64,000 bases of DNA from Candidatus Brocadiia bacterium (GCA_046538485.1 JBKHIT010000006.1:32001-96000), one strand, 5' to 3'; counted from the stretch's first letter, positions 1-10,590 are shown. Translations and numbers: made by a program. Notes: generated by a model from the sequence alone, not told the origin.

Positions 1-293
1 TCCAATTCGAACTGGATCATCACCAGCGATAATCCCTGTTGCGAATACGACCGGATCTCATCTACTCCTGAAATAGAACTGACGGCATCCTCAATACGCT
101 TCGTTATCTCTGTTTCCACTTCCTGAGGGCTGCCGCCCGGGAAAACCGTCGTCACCGTCGCCATCGGAAAATCGACATCCGGAAATCGACGCACCTGTAT
201 CGAAAAGTAAGAAAACCCCCCCAGAATGATGGCGATCAGGAGAACCACGGTGGTGAGAACGCGACGGCGGACCGCCACTTTGATGACATTCAC
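1..293 (-). CDS. RND efflux transporter permease subunit (AcrB/AcrD/AcrF family), N-terminal part; runs off the window edge
   Basis: Manual translation from GTG at 293: MNVIKVAVRRRVLTTVVLLIAIILGGFSYFSIQVRRFPDVDFPMATVTTVFPGGSPQEVETEITKRIEDAVSSISGVDEIRSYSQQGLSLVMIQFEL, the typical AcrB-family N-terminus; lies immediately downstream of the membrane fusion protein gene. Confidence 0.92.
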   Translation of the reverse strand, partial: MNVIKVAVRRRVLTTVVLLIAIILGGFSYFSIQVRRFPDVDFPMATVTTVFPGGSPQEVETEITKRIEDAVSSISGVDEIRSYSQQGLSLVMIQFEL

Positions 294-294
294 C

Positions 295-1476
295 TCAGTC
301 ATCCCCCTGTTTATTCGGATCGTTGCGTTTAACAACCCGCGCTTTCATCCCATCTTTGAGATCATACCGGGGGGTAGACACAATGAGATCTTCTGGATCA
401 AGCTCCGAGTCCCTTAACTCCGTGTAGCCCCCGCTACGCAACCCGGTGCGCACCCTGTGTATCTCCGCCCGCCAGAACTGCTTCTGCCCGGTCTCGCCAC
501 CACCTATCTGTTCGACCGGACTGAGAAGAAACACATACTTTCGCGTCCCCTCGAATCGGAGGGTGCTCACCCGCACAGCAAGCGCATCGCGCCTGACCTC
601 TCGTGGTATGCGAACCTCGACATACATTCCGGGTCGCATAATCCAAGCCCCATTCCGTCGGCTGTTCGTAACGGCTACAAATATATCAACAAACTGATTT
701 CCCGAACGTGCATGGGCACCGATTCGTTTGACTTTACCTGACCGCCACTTTTTCTCTCCCACGATGCGAAACTCTATCCTTTCTTCTTGTCCAACGTACC
801 GGAGACTTCTTTCAGGTACCCGGGCTTTAACTTCCAGCTCAGACAGGTCAACGAGCGACAGGAGCCGCGTCCCCGTTGCGGCAAATTCTCCTGGATTTAC
901 AAACCGCTCCGACACTTTCACGGTCCCCTCTTTTCCGGACGCTATCTTTCCGGCCGGAGCCTTTACTTCCGCAAATGTCAGTCGCGATTTTGCCGCCCGG
1001 AGCGCTGCAGCGGCGTTTTCGGCCGCTGTCCGGCGGGCATCCAGCATGTCTTCGGGAACAACGCCTTTCTCAAACAACGCCTGGTACCGTTCGTAGTTCC
1101 TCTTCGCCTCGGCTGCGGCCGCCGAGCGGGCGGCAACCTCTGCTTTCAAATCATCATCCCGAAAGGCCACCAGCAATTGGCCTTCTCTAACCGCCTCCCC
1201 CGTGTCAATTCTCACATCAGTAACCGTCTCACTGATCTTCGAGCGCAACATGTAACGTTTACGTGCCGCCAGCTCACCGTCCACGTACACATAATCCGCC
1301 AGATCCATCCGGACTGGATGCTCCGCAGCGACGGCGATACCTTTTTCCCGCTCTACTTCTTCTTGAGTAACCGCCTCGAAACCCTTATCAGTTGCGCGTT
1401 GATACGCCAGTACGCCCAACAGACAAAAGATGGCCCCGAGGACCACAGCCCAGGTTGTACTTTTTCCTATCTTCAT
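295..1476 (-). CDS. RND efflux transporter periplasmic adaptor (membrane fusion protein)
   Basis: N-terminal TM anchor, lipoyl-like half motifs (TGEAVREGQLL, VNPGEFAATGTRL), alpha-hairpin, MRPGMYVEV motif; adjacent to the AcrB-type gene. Confidence 0.92.
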   Translation of the reverse strand: MKIGKSTTWAVVLGAIFCLLGVLAYQRATDKGFEAVTQEEVEREKGIAVAAEHPVRMDLADYVYVDGELAARKRYMLRSKISETVTDVRIDTGEAVREGQLLVAFRDDDLKAEVAARSAAAAEAKRNYERYQALFEKGVVPEDMLDARRTAAENAAAALRAAKSRLTFAEVKAPAGKIASGKEGTVKVSERFVNPGEFAATGTRLLSLVDLSELEVKARVPERSLRYVGQEERIEFRIVGEKKWRSGKVKRIGAHARSGNQFVDIFVAVTNSRRNGAWIMRPGMYVEVRIPREVRRDALAVRVSTLRFEGTRKYVFLLSPVEQIGGGETGQKQFWRAEIHRVRTGLRSGGYTELRDSELDPEDLIVSTPRYDLKDGMKARVVKRNDPNKQGDD

Positions 1477-1779
1477 TTTGCGCGCTCTTTCCGATCAAGC
1501 TTATCCAAATTGAACTCTGGTTTCTTCCCTCTCCTGGAATCTGCTGCAATAGATAACTGCCGCAGCCTCGTTTTTGGCATTAATGTCGCGCGAAAATGCT
1601 GTGCCGCGTCGGATTCATCAACATCGGAATGTTCCGCCCAGATGCACATCGTAGGAAGCTTACCAGAGTCCGGTTGAAGGGACGCAAAGGGACGGCGCTT
1701 TGATGAACATCACTTAACTGTCGATGGTAGATCACCGTTCCGATCTTTGCAAGTAGCGAACGAAGGGGGGGCACGGTGT

Positions 1780-2136
1780 GCTAGCCCGCATATTTCATGA
1801 ATTCCGAAGTGATATTACTATAAAGAATGTCTGGATTTGGCCTTACTACGGATTTTGCCATGATAATTTGTACACACCCTGTACTGAGCGCTTTTTCAAA
1901 CAAACGGCAGGAATTCACCCTGTCGGGAGCCCCCTCAGCCGCCAGTTGGCGGTTCCGTTGGAGTGAGACTGTCAGACCGCGCGGACGGTGACAAAAAAAC
2001 CAGCCCCGGTCTTACTATGATGAAAGAGGCTTCTGCCTCTATGCTTTGTCAGGCTGCAGTTGGGGTATACGAATACACCCGCCTTTGCCCTCCGCGCATA
2101 TCCGGCGCTGAGGGGGCTTGAAATATGCGGGCGAGC
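1780..2136. mobile_element. MITE-like non-coding element bounded by 18-bp terminal inverted repeats
   Basis: GCTAGCCCGCATATTTCA (1780-1797) vs TGAAATATGCGGGCGAGC (2119-2136), 17/18 complementary; inner perfect 12-bp IR AGCCCCCTCAGC (1928-1939)/GCTGAGGGGGCT (2107-2118); no credible ORF inside. Confidence 0.5.
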
Positions 2137-2359
2137 TATCTTAAAAGCGACAGGCAATATGCCGATCTTCCTCGCCAATCATCAATGCTCACAGACTTAT
2201 CGTTATGTCAACACCAAATAAAAATTACCAATTCGACAACAACACCTGGAAAATGGCCGTTCTGGTCAGGGATGGTTGGCTCAAATTCATCGCTCCGCTT
2301 GACACTTCGGTCAAACGACAGTTAGGGTGGAACTTTTCCCGGAAGGAAAAGTCTTCACT

Positions 2360-4129
2360 ATGAGCAGCAACAACGTTTTACCACACAAGACGCATGAATG
2401 CGATTTCTGTGTGATTGGCGGCGGAATGGCGGGACTTTGTGCCGCCCTCGCTGCGGCTCGCCACGGATCACAAACGATCCTTATGCATGACCGCCCGGTT
2501 CTCGGCGGTAATGCTTCCAGCGAAACAAAAGTCCACATCTGCGGCGCTGACCGCCACGGCGGTATTCCAAATATGCGTGAGACAGGGATCCTGGAAGAAA
2601 TCCGACTCGAGAATCTTCACCGGAACCCACACCGCAATTATTCCATATGGGACACAGTCCTTTACGAAAAGGCGCTTCAGGAACCGAATCTCCATGTGCT
2701 CTACAACTGCTCATGCCAGGAAGCGGAGATGAGTGGTCAACGCATTCAGAGCGTCACCGGCTGGCAACTTACAACTGAGACTCGACACACGGTTCATTCC
2801 CAAATCTACGCGGATTGTAGCGGAGATGGCATTCTTGCCCCACTTACGGGCGCCTGTTGGCGAATGGGACGCGAGGCCCGACACGAATTCGACGAGTCGA
2901 TCGCGCCGGAGGAAGCCGATAACTGCACGATGGGTATGACCTGCATGTTCTGCGCCCGCGAATACGACGAACCACAACCCTTCGATCCTCCCGAGTGGGC
3001 TTATACTTTCGAAAACTGTGATGAACTCCCCTACGGCGAAGACGGCCACAAAAAATGGGAATGTGGCTACTGGTGGGTTGAGCTCGGCGGGCAATCCCAT
3101 TCAATCTATGATACAGAAGAGCTGCGCGAGGAACTCCTCAAGATCTCCTACGGGGTCTGGGACCATATCAAAAATCACTGTTCCGTCAGTGCCAATAATT
3201 GGGCGCTTGACTGGCTTAATTTTCTGCCAGCGAAACGTGAAAGCCGTCGCTATATCGGTGACCATGTCTTGAACCAAAACGATGTCGAAGCCGGAGGCTC
3301 GTTTGAGGATATTGTGGCTTATGGCGGCTGGACAATGGACGACCACCATCCGACCGGCTTCTGGTCAGCAAAATCCGGAGAACCCGCAACAATTTTCCAC
3401 CCTGCTCCTTCGCCATATGGAATACCTTATCGCTCGCTGTATTCTAAAAATATTGACAATTTGATGTTCGCCGGCCGATGTGCCAGCTGCACACACGCCG
3501 CTATGAGCTCCACACGGGTCATGGGCACAGGGTCGGTTATGGGCCAGGCCGTTGGAACCGCAGCGGCAATGGCAGCTGAAAGAAATCTGATTCCTCGTGA
3601 GATGAGCGATCATATCGTGGAACTTCAGCAAAATCTCATCGATGAGGATTGTTATCTGCCGGGAATTGACGATCAGCTCTCAGAACCGACGCTGAGCGCA
3701 GACCTTTCCTCCTCAGCGGGAAATCCTGAAATGATTCGTGACGGAATCAATCGGCCTATCGAGGATAAAGAACACGCATTAATCGCTTCCGCGGGAGATA
3801 AAGTCACGCTCGAATGGAACGAAACCGTCCGCATTAGATCACTGCGTATGGTGGTTGATAGCGCCATGGAACGGCTGATATGTATGTGTCCCGGAGACGA
3901 TGATCGTCTCAAATTTACACCGGACGAAATGCCCAAGAATCTACGCCTGGAAGGCCGGAAAGATAGCCAGTGGATAGACCTCGCCGAAATCGAAGAAAAT
4001 CACCAGCGCCTGATCAATATTCCGATCGAAGAAAATCTGGACGGTGTCCGTCTCACTCTTGTCGACACGTGGGGAAGAGATCGAAGTCGAATACATAAGA
4101 TTGAAGCTTTAAGGGGAAAAAATGGCTGA
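2360..4129 (+). CDS. FAD-dependent oxidoreductase (FAD_oxidored/PF12831-like) with C-terminal beta-sandwich domain
   Basis: Rossmann motif VIGGGMAGLCAALAAAR, RPVLGGNASSE, DCSGDG, RESRR, YGIPYRSLYS, SSTRVMGT; ATG at 2360 after GGAAGGAA. Confidence 0.88.
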   Translation: MSSNNVLPHKTHECDFCVIGGGMAGLCAALAAARHGSQTILMHDRPVLGGNASSETKVHICGADRHGGIPNMRETGILEEIRLENLHRNPHRNYSIWDTVLYEKALQEPNLHVLYNCSCQEAEMSGQRIQSVTGWQLTTETRHTVHSQIYADCSGDGILAPLTGACWRMGREARHEFDESIAPEEADNCTMGMTCMFCAREYDEPQPFDPPEWAYTFENCDELPYGEDGHKKWECGYWWVELGGQSHSIYDTEELREELLKISYGVWDHIKNHCSVSANNWALDWLNFLPAKRESRRYIGDHVLNQNDVEAGGSFEDIVAYGGWTMDDHHPTGFWSAKSGEPATIFHPAPSPYGIPYRSLYSKNIDNLMFAGRCASCTHAAMSSTRVMGTGSVMGQAVGTAAAMAAERNLIPREMSDHIVELQQNLIDEDCYLPGIDDQLSEPTLSADLSSSAGNPEMIRDGINRPIEDKEHALIASAGDKVTLEWNETVRIRSLRMVVDSAMERLICMCPGDDDRLKFTPDEMPKNLRLEGRKDSQWIDLAEIEENHQRLINIPIEENLDGVRLTLVDTWGRDRSRIHKIEALRGKNG

Positions 4130-5192
4130 AGAAACAGATGGGGAAGAACTTTTTGTCCCGGGACGGATCTGCCTTTTCGGGGAACACAGTGACTGGGCAG
4201 GTGGCTACCGGCGAATGAACTCGGATCTGGCAAAAGGCCATACGATAATTACGGGGACCAATCAGGGACTTTACGCTCGTGTGAAACCTCACGAGGATCG
4301 GTTTATTTATCATGCCGCTGTTGGAGATTCGAAGCGCCGGCATTATGAAGTAGATATGGAACCCTCGGCTCTGAAATCAGAAGCCGAAAACGGTGGTTTT
4401 TTCAGCTACGCCGCTGGCGTTGCTTACCAAATTGCAACGCATCATAAGGTCAAAGGGCTTGAAATCGACAATTATCGGACCACTCTTCCGCTCAAAAAAG
4501 GCCTGTCCTCAAGCGCCGCCGCCTGCGTGTTAGTCGCACGAGGGTTCGACAACATATATGATCTCAAGCTTACCACTCGCGGCGAGATGGAATACGCATA
4601 CAAAGGCGAAATCACCACTCCGTCGCGCTGCGGTCGGATGGATCAAGGGTGTGCGTACGGTTCCCGCCCTATCCACATGATATTTGATGGAGATCTGATC
4701 GATGTTCAAACCATCGCCGTCGGCAAAACCCTCTATTACGTCATCGTTGATCTTAAAGCTGGCAAAGATACAATCGAAATTCTCGGCCGGTTGAATGAAT
4801 GCTACCCTTTCCCGGCCGAAGACAAACATCGGGCTGTTCAGGAATACCTGGGGCCGATAAATGCAGAAACCGTTCGTAGAGCCATCACAGCACTCGAAAA
4901 AGGGAATACGGAACATCTGGGGGAGCTTATGCAGGAAGCCCAACAGAATTTTGATCAGTATCTCGCGCCCATGTGCCCTTCAGAGCTTGATGCCCCGGTC
5001 CTTCACAAAGTGCTCTCCTACGAGCCAATACAGCCGCATATTTATGGCGGGAAATGCGTCGGGTCTGGTGGCGACGGCACTGCTCAAATGGTGGCACGTA
5101 ATGAAAAATCGCAAAAACAGGTCGTCAAAATTCTCGAGAAAGAATTCGATGTAGCATGCCTGGAATTAACAGTCGATAAAACTGATCATTAA
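4122..5192 (+). CDS. GHMP-family sugar kinase (galactokinase/mevalonate kinase-like)
   Basis: PGRICLFGEHSDW, LPLKKGLSSSAA ATP-binding motif, GRMDQ, GGKCVGSGGDG; overlaps the upstream stop by 8 nt. Confidence 0.88.
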   Translation: MAEETDGEELFVPGRICLFGEHSDWAGGYRRMNSDLAKGHTIITGTNQGLYARVKPHEDRFIYHAAVGDSKRRHYEVDMEPSALKSEAENGGFFSYAAGVAYQIATHHKVKGLEIDNYRTTLPLKKGLSSSAAACVLVARGFDNIYDLKLTTRGEMEYAYKGEITTPSRCGRMDQGCAYGSRPIHMIFDGDLIDVQTIAVGKTLYYVIVDLKAGKDTIEILGRLNECYPFPAEDKHRAVQEYLGPINAETVRRAITALEKGNTEHLGELMQEAQQNFDQYLAPMCPSELDAPVLHKVLSYEPIQPHIYGGKCVGSGGDGTAQMVARNEKSQKQVVKILEKEFDVACLELTVDKTDH

Positions 5193-5338
5193 ATCGTGTA
5201 CGATTTCTGACCCGTTTCGTTCATTCGTCTTTATCCCCTTTAACCTGTCAAGAGAGGCATTTAAACCCTCCGACTTCCGGGATACAATCGCATGATATTT
5301 GCTGCCCGGCTGCCCGAAAGCCTGTCTCTCCTACCCCA

Positions 5339-5518
5339 TCAAAGCTCCACATAACGATACGCGGTGATACTTGCCAGCGCCAGAATTGCATAAGCTGTCG
5401 CCCGAAACCCCTCGTAGGCATTTTCCGAGGAAACGTTTAGCAAATGCGAAATTGCCAGGGCGGCGAACACCACCGCAAGAACGCCAAGAATGATCCGGCC
5501 AATAAGTCTCTTTTTCAT
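5339..5518 (-). CDS. small two-helix membrane protein, 59 aa (not in the ORF track)
   Basis: MKKRLIGRIILGVLAVVFAALAISHLLNVSSENAYEGFRATAYAILALASITAYRYVEL*; GAGGAG RBS just upstream of ATG; basic N-terminus and two hydrophobic segments. Confidence 0.65.
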   Translation of the reverse strand: MKKRLIGRIILGVLAVVFAALAISHLLNVSSENAYEGFRATAYAILALASITAYRYVEL

Positions 5519-5703
5519 CGCAAGCTCTCCTCGCCCTTCTCAACTCCCGCGCCAACACACTGGTGCTTCAGCTCTAACAGTGTAATGCCCCCGGCGCTTC
5601 GAGACAAGTGATACTGCTCCCTTCCGCATTTTTCTGAGAAATCTTGGGGCTTTTTGCGCCAGATAACACACTCCGTGACAAACTGCACCCTCAAACGACA
5701 GCC

Positions 5704-5736
5704 TTTACTTGATAAATATGGTTTGTATAATAAAAT
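5704..5736 (+). promoter_or_regulatory. putative sigma70 promoter of the GntR gene
   Basis: TTGATA(5709-5714)-N16-TAAAAT(5731-5736), or TTTACT-N16-TATAAT(5726-5731), in an AT-rich stretch; near-palindrome TTGCTATAGACAA follows. Confidence 0.45.
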
Positions 5737-5767
5737 AAGTTTGCTTTGCTATAGACAAGGATACAGT

Positions 5768-6904
5768 ATGGAACGAGAAACTGATGCCGAAGCAAAACGA
5801 AGAGGACGTCTCCCCCGGAAACGAAGTGAACTTGTGCGGGAGATATGCCAGCGTATCGCCTGCGGAAACTTTCAGCCGGGATCGCGCTTGCCGACGCGCA
5901 CGGAGTTTGAGGACGAATTTGATCTCAGTTCCGTAACTGTTCAGAGAGCATTTGACTGCCTCAACGAGGCTGGCTTTGTTGATCCCCGCGGCTCCAATGG
6001 CACGTACGTGGCTGAAAGACCACCTCACTTGTTCAGTTTCGCTCTCGTCATGCCGGAACACCCCATTCGCGGGTGTCAGCCGAGTTTCTGGCAGGCCCTT
6101 GCCCGCGAAGCATCGAGTATAGACAACGAGGGGAGTTACAATCTCTCGGTCTTCTGGGATGTCCAAATTAACAAAAAAAGTGCGGATTACCAGCGACTGC
6201 AACAAGAAGTAAGCGAACACCGCCTGGGGGGTATCATTTTCGTCTCCCCCCCCTACTATGTCTCAGGCTCCCCCATCCTGGAAGAACCGATTCCTCACAC
6301 CGGCATCATGCAGGAACCAATCACCCCTGACACTCCCGTGGTTGCGCCCGATTACCGCAGTTTCATGGAACAAGCCCTCGAATACCTCCAGAGTCGGGGC
6401 CGTCGGACCATCGGCGTTGTAAGCGCCAGTCTCCCCGGAGCCAAAAGCCCGTTCGAACTGGAACAATGGCATCAGGCCATCGCCGGTAGAAATCTCACAA
6501 CATCCCCTCGCTGGACACAATTCGTCGACCCATGGTGTGAACAAGGCGTTCGCAACTGCGTGCATCTGCTTATGAGTCACCCCGAGGACCGCCCCGATGG
6601 CCTCATAATTGGGGACGACAATCTGCTGCCACATGCAACAGCGGGGCTCATAGCAGCGGGGATGCGAGTCCCGGCCCAGGTAAAAGTAGTGACTCATGCG
6701 AACTTCCCATGGCCCACAATGGCCGTTACACCCGTTGTTCGGTTGGGATTTGACGTGCGACAAATACTTCAATCCTGTATTGATAATATCGTGCAACAGA
6801 GACAGGGCAAAGAGGCGCCCGCAAAAACCCGTATCCCTGCTGTGTTCGAGCACGAGCTTAAAACAGATCCCGGCAGTAACGTAGAGATTACATCAAACAT
6901 CTAA
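5768..6904 (+). CDS. GntR-family transcriptional regulator with LacI-type periplasmic-binding-fold sensor domain
   Basis: w[48 protein letters not shown]-terminal [10 protein letters not shown]...GMRVP; ATG at 5768 after AAGGA. Confidence 0.88.
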   Translation: MERETDAEAKRRGRLPRKRSELVREICQRIACGNFQPGSRLPTRTEFEDEFDLSSVTVQRAFDCLNEAGFVDPRGSNGTYVAERPPHLFSFALVMPEHPIRGCQPSFWQALAREASSIDNEGSYNLSVFWDVQINKKSADYQRLQQEVSEHRLGGIIFVSPPYYVSGSPILEEPIPHTGIMQEPITPDTPVVAPDYRSFMEQALEYLQSRGRRTIGVVSASLPGAKSPFELEQWHQAIAGRNLTTSPRWTQFVDPWCEQGVRNCVHLLMSHPEDRPDGLIIGDDNLLPHATAGLIAAGMRVPAQVKVVTHANFPWPTMAVTPVVRLGFDVRQILQSCIDNIVQQRQGKEAPAKTRIPAVFEHELKTDPGSNVEITSNI

Positions 6905-6939
6905 AAAATATCCCCCATTCAGATTCAAGGAGTTCAAAA

Positions 6940-7623
6940 ATGGAAAAAACGTTAGCGGGCTTTGTAAATCCCTTTTCAATGCACCTGCAGCGTCAAACAC
7001 GACGCTTCCCAGTCGCGGGATTCACATTGATTGAGCTCCTTGTTGTGATAGCTATCATTGCTATCCTGGCTGCTATGCTTATGCCCGCACTTGAACGGGC
7101 CCGAGAGGAAGCACATCGCACGGTCTGCCGTAGTAACCTGCACCAGATGCATCTTTGCGCGACATATTATGCCAACGATTACGATGGCGACGCGCCTTAC
7201 CAGTGGAGCGACACATGGGACCGCGGTATCTATACCGAGTGCTGCAATCATTGCAATTGGGGGAGTCCAAGCAAACCCACAGGTTGGAAAATATTTGGCG
7301 ACGAAGATTATATGAATGAAGAACTCTTTGAATGCCCCAGTTTCGGTACGCCACCTCGTCTTAACTCCAGCAGTACTGAAGGTATACATTATTCGTATCG
7401 CTACAATAGCCGGCGCGCTATGGGCTATCTTGACTCTACAATCGCTCCTCACGCTCAGTATTGGCTCAGTATCCGTGGTAGTGGATCAGCCTGCTCATGC
7501 TGCGCCCGCAGCAATCCCGCCATCATTTCGTCCCTCAGTTTCCGATATGCAGGCAAAGCCCACAGATCGCGAATCTCCTCCGGGTCCTCATTCAGATCAA
7601 AGAGATGGCCCACCTCATCCTGA
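6940..7623 (+). pseudogene. prepilin-type N-terminal cleavage/methylation (DUF1559-like) protein, apparently 3'-truncated at ~7455
   Basis: [43 protein letters not shown] and YSYRYN match paralog 17440-18252, but the last ~55 codons are the antisense strand of the sulfatase gene and the C-terminal H-X9-DG-type region is absent. Confidence 0.7.
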
Positions 7624-8990
7624 GGATAGTAGTTGAGTTTGGCCCCCTCGGTGCGAAGCGTCCAGCAAGTTACATACGGTCCCCATGGCGCGGTATACAT
7701 CTCGCAATAAACCCGGTCTTTACCGATAGTATCTCCTGACCGAAGAGCGGGTGCCATATCTTTGCCCTGCATACCAGCATGGGACTCGACGCCCGCAACA
7801 GAAAGTAACGTCGGCGCCAGATCAATCGACTCGATCAGCCCCTTAACCCGCCGCCCTTGCGGCAACATTCCCGGCGCGCTGAGCAAACACGGCGTCCGCA
7901 TCATACAGTCAAAGTGATAACTACCCTTCCGGAAAAGCCCGTAATCGCCCAGCAATTCCCCGTGATCGGCTACGAAAACAAAAATGGTATTTTGCAACTC
8001 GCCCGCCTCCTCAATCGCTTCCACAACTCTCCCCACCGCGCGGTCGATGGTCTCGATCATTGCGTAATAATACGCGGTGACCGTTCGCGTCAGCTCCGGA
8101 GTAACATCGGAAAAATCAGATGCTCGCTCCGCCAAAGACTGAGGCCACTCAATCGGACAACTCTCCTGCCGCGGCAGCGGCATCTCGTCAGGCGGATAAT
8201 GGCGGGCAATTTCCGCCGGCGGATCCCACGGATGATGAGGGTCGACGAAAGAAACATGCATAAAACACGGCTGCTCGTCGTGCCGGCGCTGGAAAAATTC
8301 AACAGCGCTCTCGGCTATAAACGATGAAGGATGAAGCTCCGCCGGAATATTCACGGCGCCGGTATCCCCCAGCGGTGAACCCGGAGCGACACCGTCGAAA
8401 ACGCCTGTATCTTCTCCACCATGCTTCCACTTCCGCACATCTCGCCCCAGCGACTCATCGCGTTTCTCCAGCCAATCGATGTATTCCCCCCATAACGCGT
8501 CCTCAAAACCGACGACCTCCTGAAAACCGTAGTTCTGTCGATACGGTTCCCCGGGCATCGGTGCCTGGAAACCAGCGGGCTCCAGAAAGGGTTCGGCATT
8601 CGTAATGGGGCGATCGCTGTTCAGTTCATCTCTGGTGTACTGCTGCGGCGTCAGATGAAGCTTCCCGAACATTCCCGTCGCATACCCGGCCTGCTGAAAA
8701 AGCTGCGGCACTGTAACTTCCCAGGGATCGAGCACAGCACAGCCATTCGCCATGTTGAGGTTTTGCAGATAACGTCCCGTCAGCATGCACGCACGACTCG
8801 TTACACACACTGGCGACTGAACATAGGCCTGCTCGAATACCGTCCCCATATCGGCAATTCGATCCAGATTGGGCGTCGAAACGATGTTATTCCCGGTGAA
8901 ACCAACAGCATCCCAGCGCAGCTGATCGCACATAAACCAGACGATATTCGGCCGGGACTTTCCCGTTTCTTCATCTTTTTGTCCGGACAC
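7455..8990 (-). CDS. sulfatase-like hydrolase (formylglycine-type)
   Basis: [27 protein letters not shown] (CxxxR), [30 protein letters not shown] start after GGAGG. Confidence 0.9.
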   Translation of the reverse strand: MSGQKDEETGKSRPNIVWFMCDQLRWDAVGFTGNNIVSTPNLDRIADMGTVFEQAYVQSPVCVTSRACMLTGRYLQNLNMANGCAVLDPWEVTVPQLFQQAGYATGMFGKLHLTPQQYTRDELNSDRPITNAEPFLEPAGFQAPMPGEPYRQNYGFQEVVGFEDALWGEYIDWLEKRDESLGRDVRKWKHGGEDTGVFDGVAPGSPLGDTGAVNIPAELHPSSFIAESAVEFFQRRHDEQPCFMHVSFVDPHHPWDPPAEIARHYPPDEMPLPRQESCPIEWPQSLAERASDFSDVTPELTRTVTAYYYAMIETIDRAVGRVVEAIEEAGELQNTIFVFVADHGELLGDYGLFRKGSYHFDCMMRTPCLLSAPGMLPQGRRVKGLIESIDLAPTLLSVAGVESHAGMQGKDMAPALRSGDTIGKDRVYCEMYTAPWGPYVTCWTLRTEGAKLNYYPQDEVGHLFDLNEDPEEIRDLWALPAYRKLRDEMMAGLLRAQHEQADPLPRILSQY

Positions 8991-9006
8991 CGTTAATATT
9001 CCCTCC

Positions 9007-10590
9007 TTACGTCGTGTATTCCGAAAAAATCTGCTCGAGATTGTCGCGCAGAATCATTTGTTTTTCACCCACAGACAAATCGGCCTGAAGAACGGGCCCG
9101 AGTCCCCACGATATGGGCAAATCCTGCAGATCCGAACCGAACATAACGCGGTCTGCACCGGCCGCTTCGACCAGACGCTCGCAGCTCCCCGGCGTATGTA
9201 CCGGGCAGGTGCAGATCCGTAAGTTCTCATATCCCCGCGCGAGGGGCCCGTACGCCACATTGGCATGCCCGGCAATGAAACACATTTCGGTGTATTTCTC
9301 CAGCAAACCCGCCAGCCGCTCGTTGCCCCCCCAATTATGACTCAGCACAATCCATCGGCGCTCGTCGGCCCATTCGCAACATGCATCAATGACGGGACTC
9401 TCCGGCGACACGCCCTGGTAATGCAGGATCAGTTTGATGCCCCTGAGCCCCATCTCCTCACCACGTTTCAGTTCCTCCAGAACGTTCTCGCGTCCTCGGT
9501 GAGGGTTGATGCCGACGAATCCCACAAAACGTTCGGGGTACTCTGAAACGGCATCCGCCACGACGTCGTTCTCGTAACGTTCGTCGCTGTGTACGACGCT
9601 GAAACTGAACACACACGCCTTCTGTACTCCCATTCGTTCCATTTCACCAACCGTCCGCGCGACCTCGCCATCCGGAATGTGATATTCCGGCGAAAGCCCC
9701 CCGAGATGTCCGTGGCAATCAAGAAACGTCATATTATCGGGTCGATCCCCGCTCTGCGCAAAGCGACAAAACTCATCTTCTGGCTCCGGGATTTCCACAT
9801 CGGCATATTCCGGCTCGCACCAGTTGATCAATCGCCGGAGGTTATCCCCGGCGACCAGGCGTCGGTCGTCTTCGTCCAGCTCTGCCATGCTCACGGTCGC
9901 CGCCGTACATGATTGATTCAGGTAAGGCCAATTGCTCCCGAAGATCAGTCTTTCCGGACCCCAATGCTGTACCAGGTATTCAATACCACGGTAAAGCCAG
10001 TAACCACTGAGCTCAACGTGCAGGTTTTCGCACGCCTCCAGCGCTCTGTAGATTAAACGGTTTTTCCGACGGATCCGGTACTCGGTCAGTATCACGGGCA
10101 GAGATGGCCATCGGCAACAGAATTCCACAAGTTCCGGCCACGCACAGGAATCCATTGTCTTATTACGATTGTCGTTGAAATTAACAAAAACGGGCACGCC
10201 CGCCTCGGCCAGCGGTTCGATAAAAGCATCCACTGCCCAATCGGACAGAGTAAAGCCATACTGAACCGGGAAAAGAAACAGAGCACCGACCTTGTGCTTC
10301 CTCATTTCAGCAATCAGTTCCTCGGGCTCCGGCTGCTCATCGGCACTTCCGTGCGGCAACGCGGACCACGCCGGATGAAGACGGGGATGATCCGACACCT
10401 CGTCCAGAATACGCCTGTTCCCCGCCGCCGGATGATGTTCCCGGCTCAAGCAATCGATGACCAAGGCCTCCGAGATCCCGGTCCGATCCATGCTTTTCAG
10501 AAGATCCGATGGCGTGAAAGGATCATCGCTTTTGGACTTCAGATGACGTCCGGTTGTGCAAAATGCGTCGAAAAAATTGAATTTATTCAT
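9007..10590 (-). CDS. amidohydrolase family protein with two tandem Amidohydro_2-like domains
   Basis: C-terminal half LDCHGHLG...GIKL...AGH...RVMFGSD; N-terminal half FFDAFC...RLIFGSNWP...LVAGDNLRRL. Confidence 0.85.
   Translation of the reverse strand: MNKFNFFDAFCTTGRHLKSKSDDPFTPSDLLKSMDRTGISEALVIDCLSREHHPAAGNRRILDEVSDHPRLHPAWSALPHGSADEQPEPEELIAEMRKHKVGALFLFPVQYGFTLSDWAVDAFIEPLAEAGVPVFVNFNDNRNKTMDSCAWPELVEFCCRWPSLPVILTEYRIRRKNRLIYRALEACENLHVELSGYWLYRGIEYLVQHWGPERLIFGSNWPYLNQSCTAATVSMAELDEDDRRLVAGDNLRRLINWCEPEYADVEIPEPEDEFCRFAQSGDRPDNMTFLDCHGHLGGLSPEYHIPDGEVARTVGEMERMGVQKACVFSFSVVHSDERYENDVVADAVSEYPERFVGFVGINPHRGRENVLEELKRGEEMGLRGIKLILHYQGVSPESPVIDACCEWADERRWIVLSHNWGGNERLAGLLEKYTEMCFIAGHANVAYGPLARGYENLRICTCPVHTPGSCERLVEAAGADRVMFGSDLQDLPISWGLGPVLQADLSVGEKQMILRDNLEQIFSEYTT

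Noticed and set aside
1473..1649. 58-codon minus-strand ORF overlapping the efflux adaptor start (ATGA)
   Set aside because: No RBS or family similarity evident; may be chance.
787..1677. 296-aa plus-strand ORF (and similar long antisense ORFs such as 16568-17461, 24869-25729, 32028-33026, 40356-41234)
   Set aside because: Shadows of well-supported genes on the opposite strand.
1676..1695. GAAGGGACGCAAAGGGAC as a member of the 9-nt tandem family
   Set aside because: Only two units, with 10-nt spacing; could be chance.
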